Source of the DNA: Macrostomum lignano
Lineage: Eukaryota
Length of the DNA stretch: 64,000 nt
Assembly: GCA_002269645.1 (NCBI GenBank)
Contig: NIVC01003202.1
Location: 47,920 to 111,919, forward strand
Reading direction: 5' to 3'
Below the pieces are notes generated by a model that saw nothing but the letters and a program-made list of their open reading frames with translations, had not been told where the DNA came from and searched no databases. Positions 27,201-39,477 of the stretch are shown in pieces. The stretch's first letter is position 1. Each line of letters starts with the position of its first letter. The translations under genes were made by a program, and so were the position numbers.

Positions 27201-30200
27201 TTGCTCACTCACTTCTTGCCGAAATTCTCCCCATGAATCCCAGGAGTTGCTCACTTCTTGCCGAAATTCTCCCCATGAATCCCAGGAGTTGCTCACTTCT
27301 TGCCGAAATTCTCCCCATGAATCCCAGGAGTTGCTCACTTCTTGCCGAAATTCTCCCCATGAATCCCAGGAGTTGCTCACTCACTTCTTGCCGAAATTCT
27401 CCCCATGAATCCCAGGAGTTGCTCACTCACTTCTTGCCGAAATTCTCCCCATGAATCCCAGGAGTTGCTCACTCACTTCTTGCCGAAATTCTCCCCATGA
27501 ATCCCAGGAGTTGCTCACACTTCTTGCCGAAATTCTCCCCATGAATCCCAGGAGTTGCTCACTCACTTCTTGCCGAAATTCTCCCCATGAATCCCAGGAG
27601 TTGCTCACTCACTTCTTGCCGAAATTCTCCCCATGAATCCCAGGAGTTGCTCACTCACTTCTTGCCGAAATTCTCCCCATGAATCCCAGGAGTTGCTCAC
27701 TCACTTCTTGCCGAAATTCTCCCCATGAATCCCAGGAGTTGCTCACTCACTTCTTGCCGAAATTCTCCCCATGAATCCCAGGAGTTGCTCACTCACTTCT
27801 TGCCGAAATTCTCCCCATGAATCCCAGGAGTTGCTCACTCACTTCTTGCCGAAATTCTCCCCATGAATCCCAGGAGTTGCTCACTTCTTGCCGAAATTCT
27901 CCCCATGAATCCCAGGAGTTGCTCACTTCTTGCCGAAATTCTCCCCATGAATCCCAGGAGTTGCTCACTCACTTCTTGCCGAAATTCTCCCCATGAATCC
28001 CAGGAGTTGCTCACTCACTTCTTGCCGAAATTCTCCCCATGAATCCCAGGAGTTGCTCACTTCTTGCCGAAATTCTCCCCATGAATCCCAGGAGTTGCTC
28101 ACTTCTTGCCGAAATTCTCCCCATGAATCCCAGGAGTTGCTCACTCACTTCTTGCCGAAATTCTCCCCATGAATCCCAGGAGTTGCTCACTCACTTCTTG
28201 CCGAAATTCTCCCCATGAATCCCAGGAGTTGCTCACTCACTTCTTGCCGAAATTCTCCCCATGAATCCCAGGAGTTGCTCACTCACTTCTTGCCGAAATT
28301 CTCCCCATGAATCCCAGGAGTTGCTCACTCACTTCTTGCCGAAATTCTCCCCATGAATCCCAGGAGTTGCTCACTCACTTCTTGCCGAAATTCTCCCCAT
28401 GAATCCCAGGAGTTGCTCACTCACTTCTTGCCGAAATTCTCCCCATGAATCCCAGGAGTTGCTCACTCACTTCTTGCCGAAATTCTCCCCATGAATCCCA
28501 GGAGTTGCTCACTCACTTCTTGCCGAAATTCTCCCCATGAATCCCAGGAGTTGCTCACTCACTTCTTGCCGAAATTCTCCCCATGAATCCCAGGAGTTGC
28601 TCACTCACTTCTTGCCGAAATTCTCCCCATGAATCCCAGGAGTTGCTCACTCACTTCTTGCCGAAATTCTCCCCATGAATCCCAGGAGTTGCTCACTTCT
28701 TGCCGAAATTCTCCCCATGAATCCCAGGAGTTGCTCACTTCTTGCCGAAATTCTCCCCATGAATCCCAGGAGTTGCTCACTCACTTCTTGCCGAAATTCT
28801 CCCCATGAATCCCAGGAGTTGCTCACTCACTTCTTGCCGAAATTCTCCCCATGAATCCCAGGAGTTGCTCACTTCTTGCCGAAATTCTCCCCATGAATCC
28901 CAGGAGTTGCTCACTTCTTGCCGAAATTCTCCCCATGAATCCCAGGAGTTGCTCACTTCTTGCCGAAATTCTCCCCATGAATCCCAGGAGTTGCTCACTC
29001 ACTTCTTGCCGAAATTCTCCCCATGAATCCCAGGAGTTGCTCACTCACTTCTTGCCGAAATTCTCCCCATGAATCCCAGGAGTTGCTCACTCACTTCTTG
29101 CCGAAATTCTCCCCATGAATCCCAGGAGTTGCTCACTCACTTCTTGCCGAAATTCTCCCCATGAATCCCAGGAGTTGCTCACTCACTTCTTGCCGAAATT
29201 CTCCCCATGAATCCCAGGAGTTGCTCACTCACTTCTTGCCGAAATTCTCCCCATGAATCCCAGGAGTTGCTCACTCACTTCTTGCCGAAATTCTCCCCAT
29301 GAATCCCAGGAGTTGCTCACTCACTTCTTGCCGAAATTCTCCCCGTGAATCCCAGGAGTTGCTCACTCACTTCTTGCCGAAATTCTCCCCATGAATCCCA
29401 GGAGTTGCTCACTCACTTCTTGCCGAAATTCTCCCCATGAATCCCAGGAGTTGCTCACTCACTTCTTGCCGAAATTCTCCCCATGAATCCCAGGAGTTGC
29501 TCACTCACTTCTTGCCGAAATTCTCCCCATGAATCCCAGGAGTTGCTCACTCACTTCTTGCCGAAATTCTCCCCATGAATCCCAGGAGTTGCTCACTCAC
29601 TTCTTGCCGAAATTCTCCCCATGAATCCCAGGAGTTGCTCATCACTTCTTGCCGAAATTCTCCCCATGAATCCCAGGAGTTGCTCACTTCTTGCCGAAAT
29701 TCTCCCCATGAATCCCAGGAGTTGCTCACTTCTTGCCGAAATTCTCCCCATGAATCCCAGGAGTTGCTCACTCACTTCTTGCCGAAATTCTCCCCATGAA
29801 TCCCAGGAGTTGCTCACTTTCTTGCCGAAATTCTCCCCATGAATCCCAGGAGTTGCTCACTCACTTCTTGCCGAAATTCTCCCCATGAATCCCAGGAGTT
29901 GCTCACTTTCTTGCCGAAATTCTCCCCATGAATCCCAGGAGTTGCTCACTCACTTCTTGCCGAAATTCTCCCCATGAATCCCAGGAGTTGCTCACTCACT
30001 TCTTGCCGAAATTCTCCCCATGAATCCCAGGAGTTGCTCACTCACTTCTTGCCGAAATTCTCCCCATGAATCCCAGGAGTTGCTCACTTCTTGCCGAAAT
30101 TCTCCCCATGAATCCCAGGAGTTGCTCACTTCTTGCCGAAATTCTCCCCATGAATCCCAGGAGTTGCTCACTCACTTCTTGCCGAAATTCTCCCCATGAA

Positions 30201-33200
30201 TCCCAGGAGTTGCTCACTCACTTCTTGCCGAAATTCTCCCCATGAATCCCAGGAGTTGCTCACTCTTGCCGAAATTCTCCCCATGAATCCCAGGAGTTGC
30301 TCACTTCCAAATGAATCCCAGGAGTTGCTCACTCACTTCTTGCCGAAATTCTCCCCATGAATCCCAGGAGTTGCTCACTTCTTGCCGAAATTCTCCCCAT
30401 GAATCCCAGGAGTTGCTCACTCACTTCTTGCCGAAATTCTCCCCATGAATCCCAGGAGTTGCTCACTCACTTCTTGCCGAAATTCTCCCCATGAATCCCA
30501 GGAGTTGCTCACTCACTTCTTGCCGAAATTCTCCCCATGAATCCCAGGAGTTGCTCACTCACTTCTTGCCGAAATTCTCCCCATGAATCCCAGGAGTTGC
30601 TCACTCACTTCTTGCCGAAATTCTCCCCATGAATCCCAGGAGTTGCTCACTCACTTCTTGCCGAAATTCTCCCCATGAATCCCAGGAGTTGCTCATCACT
30701 TCTTGCCGAAATTCTCCCCATGAATCCCAGGAGTTGCTCACTTCTTGCCGAAATTCTCCCCATGAATCCCAGGAGTTGCTCACTTCTTGCCGAAATTCTC
30801 CCCATGAATCCCAGGAGTTGCTCACTCACTTCTTGCCGAAATTCTCCCCATGAATCCCAGGAGTTGCTCACTTCTTGCCGAAATTCTCCCCATGAATCCC
30901 AGGAGTTGCTCACTTCTTGCCGAAATTCTCCCCATGAATCCCAGGAGTTGCTCACTTCTTGCCGAAATTCTCCCCATGAATCCCAGGAGTTGCTCACTCA
31001 CTTCTTGCCGAAATTCTCCCCATGAATCCCAGGAGTTGCTCACTCACTTCTTGCCGAAATTCTCCCCATGAATCCCAGGAGTTGCTCATCACTTCTTGCC
31101 GAAATTCTCCCCATGAATCCCAGGAGTTGCTCACTTCTTGCCGAAATTCTCCCCATGAATCCCAGGAGTTGCTCACTTCTTGCCGAAATTCTCCCCATGA
31201 ATCCCAGGAGTTGCTCACTCACTTCTTGCCGAAATTCTCCCCATGAATCCCAGGAGTTGCTCACTTCTTGCCGAAATTCTCCCATGAATCCCAGGAGTTG
31301 CTCACTTCTTGCCGAAATTCTCCCCATGAATCCCAGGAGTTGCTCACTTCTTGCCGAAATTCTCCCCATGAATCCCAGGAGTTGCTCACTCACTTCTTGC
31401 CGAAATTCTCCCCATGAATCCCAGGAGTTGCTCACTCACTTCTTGCCGAAATTCTCCCCATGAATCCCAGGAGTTGCTCACTCACTTCTTGCCGAAATTC
31501 TCCCCATGAATCCCAGGAGTTGCTCACTTCTTGCCGAAATTCTCCCCATGAATCCCAGGAGTTGCTCACTTCTTGCCGAAATTCTCCCCATGAATCCCAG
31601 GAGTTGCTCACTTCTTGCCGAAATTCTCCCCATGAATCCCAGGAGTTGCTCACTCACTTCTTGCCGAAATTCTCCCCATGAATCCCAGGAGTTGCTCACT
31701 CACTTCTTGCCGAAATTCTCCCCATGAATCCCAGGAGTTGCTCACTCACTTCTTGCCGAAATTCTCCCATGAATCCCAGGAGTTGCTCACTTCTTGCCGA
31801 AATTCTCCCCATGAATCCCAGGAGTTGCTCACTCACTTCTTGCCGAAATTCTCCCCATGAATCCCAGGAGTTGCTCACTCACTTCTTGCCGAAATTCTCC
31901 CCGTGAATCCCAGGAGTTGCTCACTCACTTCTTGCCGAAATTCTCCCCGTGAATCCCAGGAGTTGCTCACTCACTTCTTGCCGAAATTCTCCCCATGAAT
32001 CCCAGGAGTTGCTCACTCACTTCTTGCCGAAATTCTCCCCGTGAATCCCAGGAGTTGCTCACTCACTTCTTGCCGAAATTCTCCCCATGAATCCCAGGAG
32101 TTGCTCACTCACTTCTTGCCGAAATTCTCCCCATGAATCCCAGGAGTTGCTCACTTCTTGCCGAAATTCTCCCCATGAATCCCAGGAGTTGCTCACTCAC
32201 TTCTTGCCGAAATTCTCCCCGTGAATCCCAGGAGTTGCTCACTCACTTCTTGCCGAAATTCTCCCCATGAATCCCAGGAGTTGCTCACTCACTTCTTGCC
32301 GAAATTCTCCCCATGAATCCCAGGAGTTGCTCACTTCTTGCCGAAATTCTCCCCGTGAATCCCAGGAGTTGCTCACTTCTTGCCGAAATTCTCCCCATGA
32401 ATCCCAGGAGTTGCTCACTCACTTCTTGCCGAAATTCTCCCCATGAATCCCAGGAGTTGCTCACTCACTTCTTGCCGAAATTCTCCCCGTGAATCCCAGG
32501 AGTTGCTCACTCACTTCTTGCCGAAATTCTCCCGTGAATCCCAGGAGTTGCTCACTCACTTCTTGCCGAAATTCTCCCCATGAATCCCAGGAGTTGCTCA
32601 CTCACTTCTTGCCGAAATTCTCCCCATGAATCCCAGGAGTTGCTCACTCACTTCTTGCCGAAATTCTCCCCATGAATCCCAGGAGTTGCTCACACTTCTT
32701 GCCGAAATTCTCCCCATGAATCCCAGGAGTTGCTCACTTCTTGCCGAAATTCTCCCCATGAATCCCAGGAGTTGCTCACTTCTTGCCGAAATTCTCCCCA
32801 TGAATCCCAGGAGTTGCTCACTCACTTCTTGCCGAAATTCTCCCCATGAATCCCAGGAGTTGCTCACTTCTTGCCGAAATTCTCCCCATGAATCCCAGGA
32901 GTTGCTCACTTCTTGCCGAAATTCTCCCCATGAATCCCAGGAGTTGCTCACTTCTTGCCGAAATTCTCCCCATGAATCCCAGGAGTTGCTCACTCACTTC
33001 TTGCCGAAATTCTCCCCATGAATCCCAGGAGTTGCTCACTCACTTCTTGCCGAAATCTCCCCATGAATCCCAGGAGTTGCTCATCACTTCTTGCCGAAAT
33101 TCTCCCCATGAATCCCAGGAGTTGCTCACTTCTTGCCGAAAATCTCCCCATGAATCCCAGGAGTTGCTCACTTCTTGCCGAAAATCTCCCCATGAATCCC

Positions 33201-34514
33201 AGGAGTTGCACACTCACTTCTTGCCGAAATTCTCCCCATGAATCCCAGGAGTTGCTCACTTCTTGCCGAAATTCTCCCCATGAATCCCAGGAGTTGCTCA
33301 CTTCTTGCCGAAATTCTCCCCATGAATCCCAGGAGTTGCTCACTTCTTGCCGAAATTCTCCCCATGAATCCCAGGAGTTGCTCACTCACTTCTTGCCGAA
33401 ATTCTCCCCATGAATCCCAGGAGTTGCTCACTCACTTCTTGCCGAAAATCTCCCCATGAATCCCAGGAGTTGCTCACTCACTTCTTGCCGAAATTCTCCC
33501 CATGAATCCCAGGAGTTGCTCACTTCCTGCCGAAAATCTCCCCATGAATCCCAGGAGTTGCTCACTTCTTGCCGAAATTCTCCCCGTGAATCCCAGGAGT
33601 TGCTCACTTCTTGCCGAAATTCTCCCCATGAATCCCAGGAGTTGCTCACTCACTTCTTGCCGAAATTCTCCCCATGAATCCCAGGAGTTGCTCACTCACT
33701 TCTTGCCGAAATTCTCCCCATGAATCCCAGGAGTTGCTCACTCACTTCTTGCCGAAATTCTCCCCATGAATCCCAGGAGTTGCTCACTTCTTGCCGAAAT
33801 TCTCCCCATGAATCCCAGGAGTTGCTCACTCACTTCTTGCCGAAATTCTCCATGAATCCCAGGAGTTGCTCACTCACTTCTTGCCGAAATTCTCCCCGTG
33901 AATCCCAGGAGTTGCTCACTCACTTCTTGCCGAAATTCTCCCCGTGAATCCCAGGAGTTGCTCACTCACTTCTTGCCGAAATTCTCCCCGTGAATCCCAG
34001 GAGTTGCTCACTCACTTCTTGCCGAAATTCTCCCCGTGAATCCCAGGAGTTGCTCACTCACTTCTTGCCGAAATTCTCCCCATGAATCCCAGGAGTTGCT
34101 CACTCACTTCTTGCCGAAATTCTCCCCATGAATCCCAGGAGTTGCTCACTTCTTGCCGAAATTCTCCCCATGAATCCCAGGAGTTGCTCACTCACTTCTT
34201 GCCGAATTTCCCCGTGAATCCCAGGAGTTGCTCACTCACTTCTTGCCGAAAATCTCCCCATGAATCCCAGGAGTTGCTCACTTCTTGCCGAAATTCTCCC
34301 CGTGAATCCCAGGAGTTGCTCACTTCTTGCCGAAATTCTCCCCGTGAATCCCAGGAGTTGCTCACTTCTTGCCGAAATTCTCCCCATGAATCCCAGGAGT
34401 TGCTCACTCACTTCTTGCCGGAATTCTCCCCATGAATCCCAGGAGTTGCTCACTCACTTCTTGCCGAAATTCTCCCCATGAATCCCAGGAGTTGCTCACT
34501 TCTTGCCGAAATTC
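12214..34514. repeat. 22.3-kb tandem satellite, 46/42-bp monomers (gaatcccaggagttgc[tcac]tcacttcttgccgaaattctccccat), roughly 500 copies
   Basis: Directly visible; long and short monomers differ by one TCAC; copy number estimated from length. Confidence 0.99.
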
Positions 34515-34798
34515 GAGCCAAATCGCAGGCTGCCTCGAAAGCCGCGCTTCTCCTGCTGGGCCTCATCAAATCCAGCGTCTTCGCCTGGCAACTCGCCCAC
34601 CAGCCTGTCCAGTTGGCGCAGTCGAAGAGCGTCGGCGAGCGTCAGCCAGTCGGCCTGATCACCGGCAGCCAGACTCCGGCTAAGCTGATGAGGCTGCCGC
34701 TGTTGGAATCGGCCTGACAGAGGAGAAGTCGGCAGGCAGTTGGCGGCCAGAATCGCGCAGGCCGAAAGCAGTAGAAAGGCGGCAAGCAGTCGGGGCAT
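34496..34798 (-). CDS. Neuropeptide precursor (100 aa); predicted mature amidated peptide GFRGSLRFGSNF-NH2
   Basis: ATG at 34798 (gcgccATG); signal peptide MPRLLAAFLLLSACAILA; acidic/helical pro-region; KR cleavage site, 12-mer, then Gly-Lys-Lys-stop amidation/cleavage signal; acceptor ttctgcag 13 nt before the ATG. Confidence 0.85.
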   Translation of the reverse strand: MPRLLAAFLLLSACAILAANCLPTSPLSGRFQQRQPHQLSRSLAAGDQADWLTLADALRLRQLDRLVGELPGEDAGFDEAQQEKRGFRGSLRFGSNFGKK

Positions 34799-35414
34799 GG
34801 CGCGACCTGGGCTGCAGAAGGTTCGAGAGGCAGTGCGGCGATGGTAAGTGACTGAAATCTGAATTACCGGCAGGAGAGAGCACAATGCGCTGCTTTTTCG
34901 CTAATGAAACCAACAGAGTGTAGCTGGAAAATGCTTTTAACGACAAGCTCTCGAATAGCTTTTTTGTTTTAACGACTACAATGCTTTAAAAATCTCTTCT
35001 GCTTTGAGAGCGATTTTTTGTTGCTGCTTTATTGTCTTTTTTGCTTCCTCCGAATGCATTTTTAGCAAACACTCGAGACTAAGGCGCGCAGACACGGACT
35101 GAGGGACCTGAAAAAAGAGAGGCAGGCTTCGCAAAATTGGCAGAAGCCGCCTCCGTGCATTTTTGATTGAATTCCGTAGCAGTCAGTCAAAAAATTTCTT
35201 AGCTTGATTATTCCCTAACAAGAGAAATCTATTTCGATGCGATAGAAAATATTTGCCTGATCAATATATCTGGTATTATCACAGACAGTGGCATCACCGC
35301 TGGGGGGGGGCAGGGGGGACATGTCCCCCCAGTGTAGAAGCTACGGAGGGACATGCCAATGCTTTGTCCCCCCCACCCTGTCACCCGTTGTGGAAATCAA
35401 TAATTTTGCTTTAG

Positions 35415-35880
35415 GGCGCCAAAATATAGCGCCTTCGGCGCCAAAATGAGTGTCCGTCTGCGGCGCCAAAATGAGTGTCTGTCTGTGGCGCCAAAATGGG
35501 TGCCTCCGGCGCCAAGATGGGTGCCTGCGGCGCCAAAATGGGTGCCTGCGGCGCCAAAATGGGTGCCTGCAGCGCCAAAATGGGTGCCTGCGGCGCCAAG
35601 ATGGGTGCCTGCGGCGCCAAAATGGGTGCCTGCGGCGCCAAAATGGGTGCCTGCGGCGCCAAAATGGGTGCCTGCGGCGCCAAAATGGGTGCCTGCGGCG
35701 CCAAAATGGGTGCCTGCGGCGCCAAAATGGGTGCCTCCGGCGCCAAGATGGGTGCCTGCGGCGCCAAAATGGGTGCCTGCGGCGCCAAAATGGGTGCCTG
35801 CGGCGCCAAAATGGGTGCCTGCGGCGCCAAAATGGGTGCCTGCGGCGCCAAAATGAGTGCCTGCGGCGCCAAAATGAGTG
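35415..35880. repeat. 21-bp minisatellite (ggcgccaaaatgggtgcctgc)
   Basis: Tandem copies; source of six-frame periodic ORFs. Confidence 0.97.
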
Positions 35881-36552
35881 TCTGTGTGTACAAGTGCTCC
35901 CGTGTGCAAGTCCAAAACGTTGAATTTGTACACGGGAAGTTTTAAAAGGCAATAATTTTAATTGGAAGAGTCGCTAGTTCGGGTTTGCATTTCTGAAAGT
36001 ACAAAAGCGGACCAAATAGGCAGCTGAGCGTTGAGTTCCTTCATTCAATCTATCATTGCGGGGGGTGACTCACCGATGTGCTGCTATTTCGAAAGATGAG
36101 TTCTCAGCTGCTGTTAAACAGGCGCAGGAGTGGAGTAGAGAGATGGAAAAATGATTTTCAGCTCCTTTTATGGCGTCAAAATTGAGAGGCGCCAACCAAT
36201 CAGCTGCTCTCTAACCGACTAAGACACTGAACTGAGATACTCCTGATTGATTTATGACCGAGTACTGGAGCCAGTGAAGATGCTGCATATAGCTACTGAA
36301 AATTGATACTTTGAATACAGAAAGCACCAGCGAACAGTCAGTGATCCGGCCAAATATGATTGACTGACAGGATGTGCTCAACACTGGGTGGATCAGGCTT
36401 AGGCTTTGATTTTGCGTCGGAAACTTCATACTGCCGATTGATGTCGGATTCTGGAACAGTCGCCGGGAGCAATGATTTTATCTTTTTTAGCTTTCCTTAT
36501 ATTTCTGAACTAATATTTTCCGTTGCTTCCTTTCTTCGAAACAGGAGTACAA

Positions 36553-38515
36553 TTGTCTGACACACAGACTCCAATGCGAGTGTCTGACACACAGACTCCA
36601 ATGCGAGTGTCTGACACAGACTCCAATGCGAGTGTCTGACACAGACTCCAATGCGATTGTCTGACACACAGACTCCAATGCGATTGTCTGACACACAGAC
36701 TCCAATGCGATTGTCTGACACACAGACTCCAATGCGATTGTCTGACACACAGACTCCAATGCGATTGTCTGACACACAGACTCCAATGCGAGTGTCTGAC
36801 ACACAGACTCCAATGCGAGTGTCTGACACAGACTCCAATGCGAGTGTCTGACACAGACTCCAATGCGATTGTCTGACACACAGACTCCAATGCGATTGTC
36901 TGACACACAGACTCCAATGCGATTGTCTGACACACAGACTCCAATGCGATTGTCTGACACACAGACTCCAATGCGATTGTCTGACACACAGACTCCAATG
37001 CGATTGTCTGACACACAGACTCCAATGCGAGTGTCTGACACAGACTCCAATGCGAGTGTCTGACACAGACTCCAATGCGATTGTCTGACACACAGACTCC
37101 AATGCGATTGTCTGACACACAGACTCCAATGCGATTGTCTGACACACAGACTCCAATGCGATTGTCTGACACACAGACTCCAATGCGAGTGTCTGACACA
37201 GACTCCAATGCGAGTGTCTGACACAGACTCCAATGCGATTGTCTGACACACAGACTCCAATGCGATTGTCTGACACACAGACTCCAATGCGATTGTCTGA
37301 CACACAGACTCCAATGCGATTGTCTGACACACAGACTCCAATGCGATTGTCTGACACACAGACTCCAATGCGATTGTCTGACACACAGACTCCAATGCGA
37401 TTGTCTGACACACAGACTCCAATGCGATTGTCTGACACACAGACTCCAATGCGAGTGTCTGACACAGACTCCAATGCGAGTGTCTGACACAGACTCCAAT
37501 GCGATTGTCTGACACACAGACTCCAATGCGATTGTCTGACACACAGACTCCAATGCGATTGTCTGACACACAGACTCCAATGCGATTGTCTGACACACAG
37601 ACTCCAATGCGATTGTCTGACACACAGACTCCAATGCGATTGTCTGACACACAGACTCCAATGCGATTGTCTGACACACAGACTCCAATGCGATTGTCTG
37701 ACACACAGACTCCAATGCGATTGTCTGACACACAGATTCCAATGCGAGTGTCTGACACAGACTCCAATGCGATTGTCTGACACAGACTCCAATGCGATTG
37801 TCTGACACACAGACTCCAATGCGAGTGTCTGACACACAGACTCCAATGCGAGTGTCTGACACAGATTCCAATGCGAGTGTCTGACACAGACTCCAATGCG
37901 AGTGTCTGACACAGACTCCAATGCGATTGTCTGACACAGACTCCAATGCGATTGTCTGACACAGACTCCAATGCGATTGTCTGACACACAGACTCCAATG
38001 CGAGTGTCTGACACACAGACTCCAATGCGATTGTCTGACACACAGACTCCAATGCGATTGTCTGACACACAGACTCCAATGCGAGTGTCTGACACAGACT
38101 CCAATGCGATTGTCTGACACACAGACTCCAATGTTAATGCATGCGATTGTCTGACACATAGACTCTAATGTGAGTGCATGCGATTGTCTGACACACAGAC
38201 TAATGTGAGTGCATGCGACACGGGACTACTTAATTTTTGTTTACTACTATCGTAATGCAATCGTAATGCAATGTGAATGCATGTGATTGTCTGATACATA
38301 GACTCCAATGTGAGTGCATGCGATTGTCTGACACACAGACTAATGTGAGTGCATGCGATTGTCTGACACACAGACTCCAATGTGAGTGCATGCGATTGTC
38401 TGACACATAGACTCCAATGTGAGTGCATGCGATTGTCTGACAGACTCCAATGTGAGTTAATGCGATTGTCTGACACACAGACTCCAATGTGAGTGCATGC
38501 GATTGTCTGACATAG
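36553..38515. repeat. 27/25-bp minisatellite (tgtctgac[ac]acagactccaatgcga(t/g)), with diverged copies at 38135-38515
   Basis: Tandem copies; source of the 530-549-aa periodic ORFs. Confidence 0.97.
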
Positions 38516-39477
38516 ACTTTATTCTAAAGTTCCAATTCTAATTACAGTGATATCTTTATAAAAATAAACCGGTACCGACCTACTTGAAGTAGATGACTTA
38601 GTATAAATTGCAGTTAAATTGTATTCCTGTTTCAAAAGTTATGAAATAATTTTTAAAAATTCATTTGAACGGCCAGGTTTTTACGTGATTAAAAGAAAAA
38701 TAACTAATTATATTTTACGCAATGGTTTATAGTTCATGGCAACAGCTTGGCAAAGTTAATACATTATAATTTTTGCGTACTATAGTACTATACTTTATCA
38801 ATCGGCTTGTTCATTCTCTGCATTTCAGTCCAAGAGCTTCGAGTATAGGCCATGTCCAGACAGTAAATCTTCCTTGTTTAGTACTTAACGCTCTACTGAA
38901 AGTACTACAATGAGTTTGTAATTCTTAATAACAATTAGCGATACAAAAATTCTTAATTAAATACTGTTCTTTAAACTCACACTCGCTCGATGAGGAGAAC
39001 TCAGTTAATGAAGCGCATTTTTCTACGTATAAGCCAAGGACAACTAGAAATAGAAAAAAGCTGAAATAAAAGTACATTGCAGCCTTCAATTCGTTACATT
39101 GGCTGAAGTGGGTCAGGTGTGTGTGTGTGTTTGTGTCTAAAAACAAGGACCACTGACTGCTAATACGAAGGTAGAAGCTGGTTACCTTTGACTGGAGCGA
39201 ACTTTGATAAGCTCGAATAAGTTTAAAATTTTCGAAATGGTTTAAGTTGTATTTGACCAGACAGAAACTGATTGACAAGATCGAATTTTTGACAATGTGA
39301 AATTTCAAGCTTGTAAAATGCCCTTACTGTAATTATTTAAACCTATTTTGTTGACTTCAACTTCAATACAACTTCACATCGCTAATCTATACTAACAAGA
39401 TGGCGAAGCATTCTACTGGCTCTTAAGAGTTAAAGTTACTCCCGCCGTTTACCCAAACGAAATCGTTTAGAAGGGCA

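Noticed and set aside
30295-30320. Aberrant collapsed monomer (cacttccaaatgaatccc)
   Set aside because: Single occurrence; most likely a local deletion or sequencing error rather than an inserted element.
13017-34481. More than 100 ORFs (MNPRSCSL..., MSNSWDSWGEF...) in the satellite
   Set aside because: Periodic translations of 42-bp monomer runs in several frames on both strands; no start context or unique sequence.
12214-34514. CRISPR-like array
   Set aside because: No unique spacers, no cas genes, eukaryotic spliced context.
12214-34514. Hammerhead-ribozyme satellite (as in Schistosoma or newt satellites)
   Set aside because: No CUGANGA core on either strand of the monomer.
35287-35390. 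CAGTGG/CAGGGG + G-run transposon-like ends (also 52140-52195 and 56895-56975)
   Set aside because: No matching opposite end or target-site duplication could be identified, so an element could not be delimited.
35341-38159. Long ORFs of 136-549 aa
   Set aside because: Translations of the 21-bp and 27/25-bp minisatellites.
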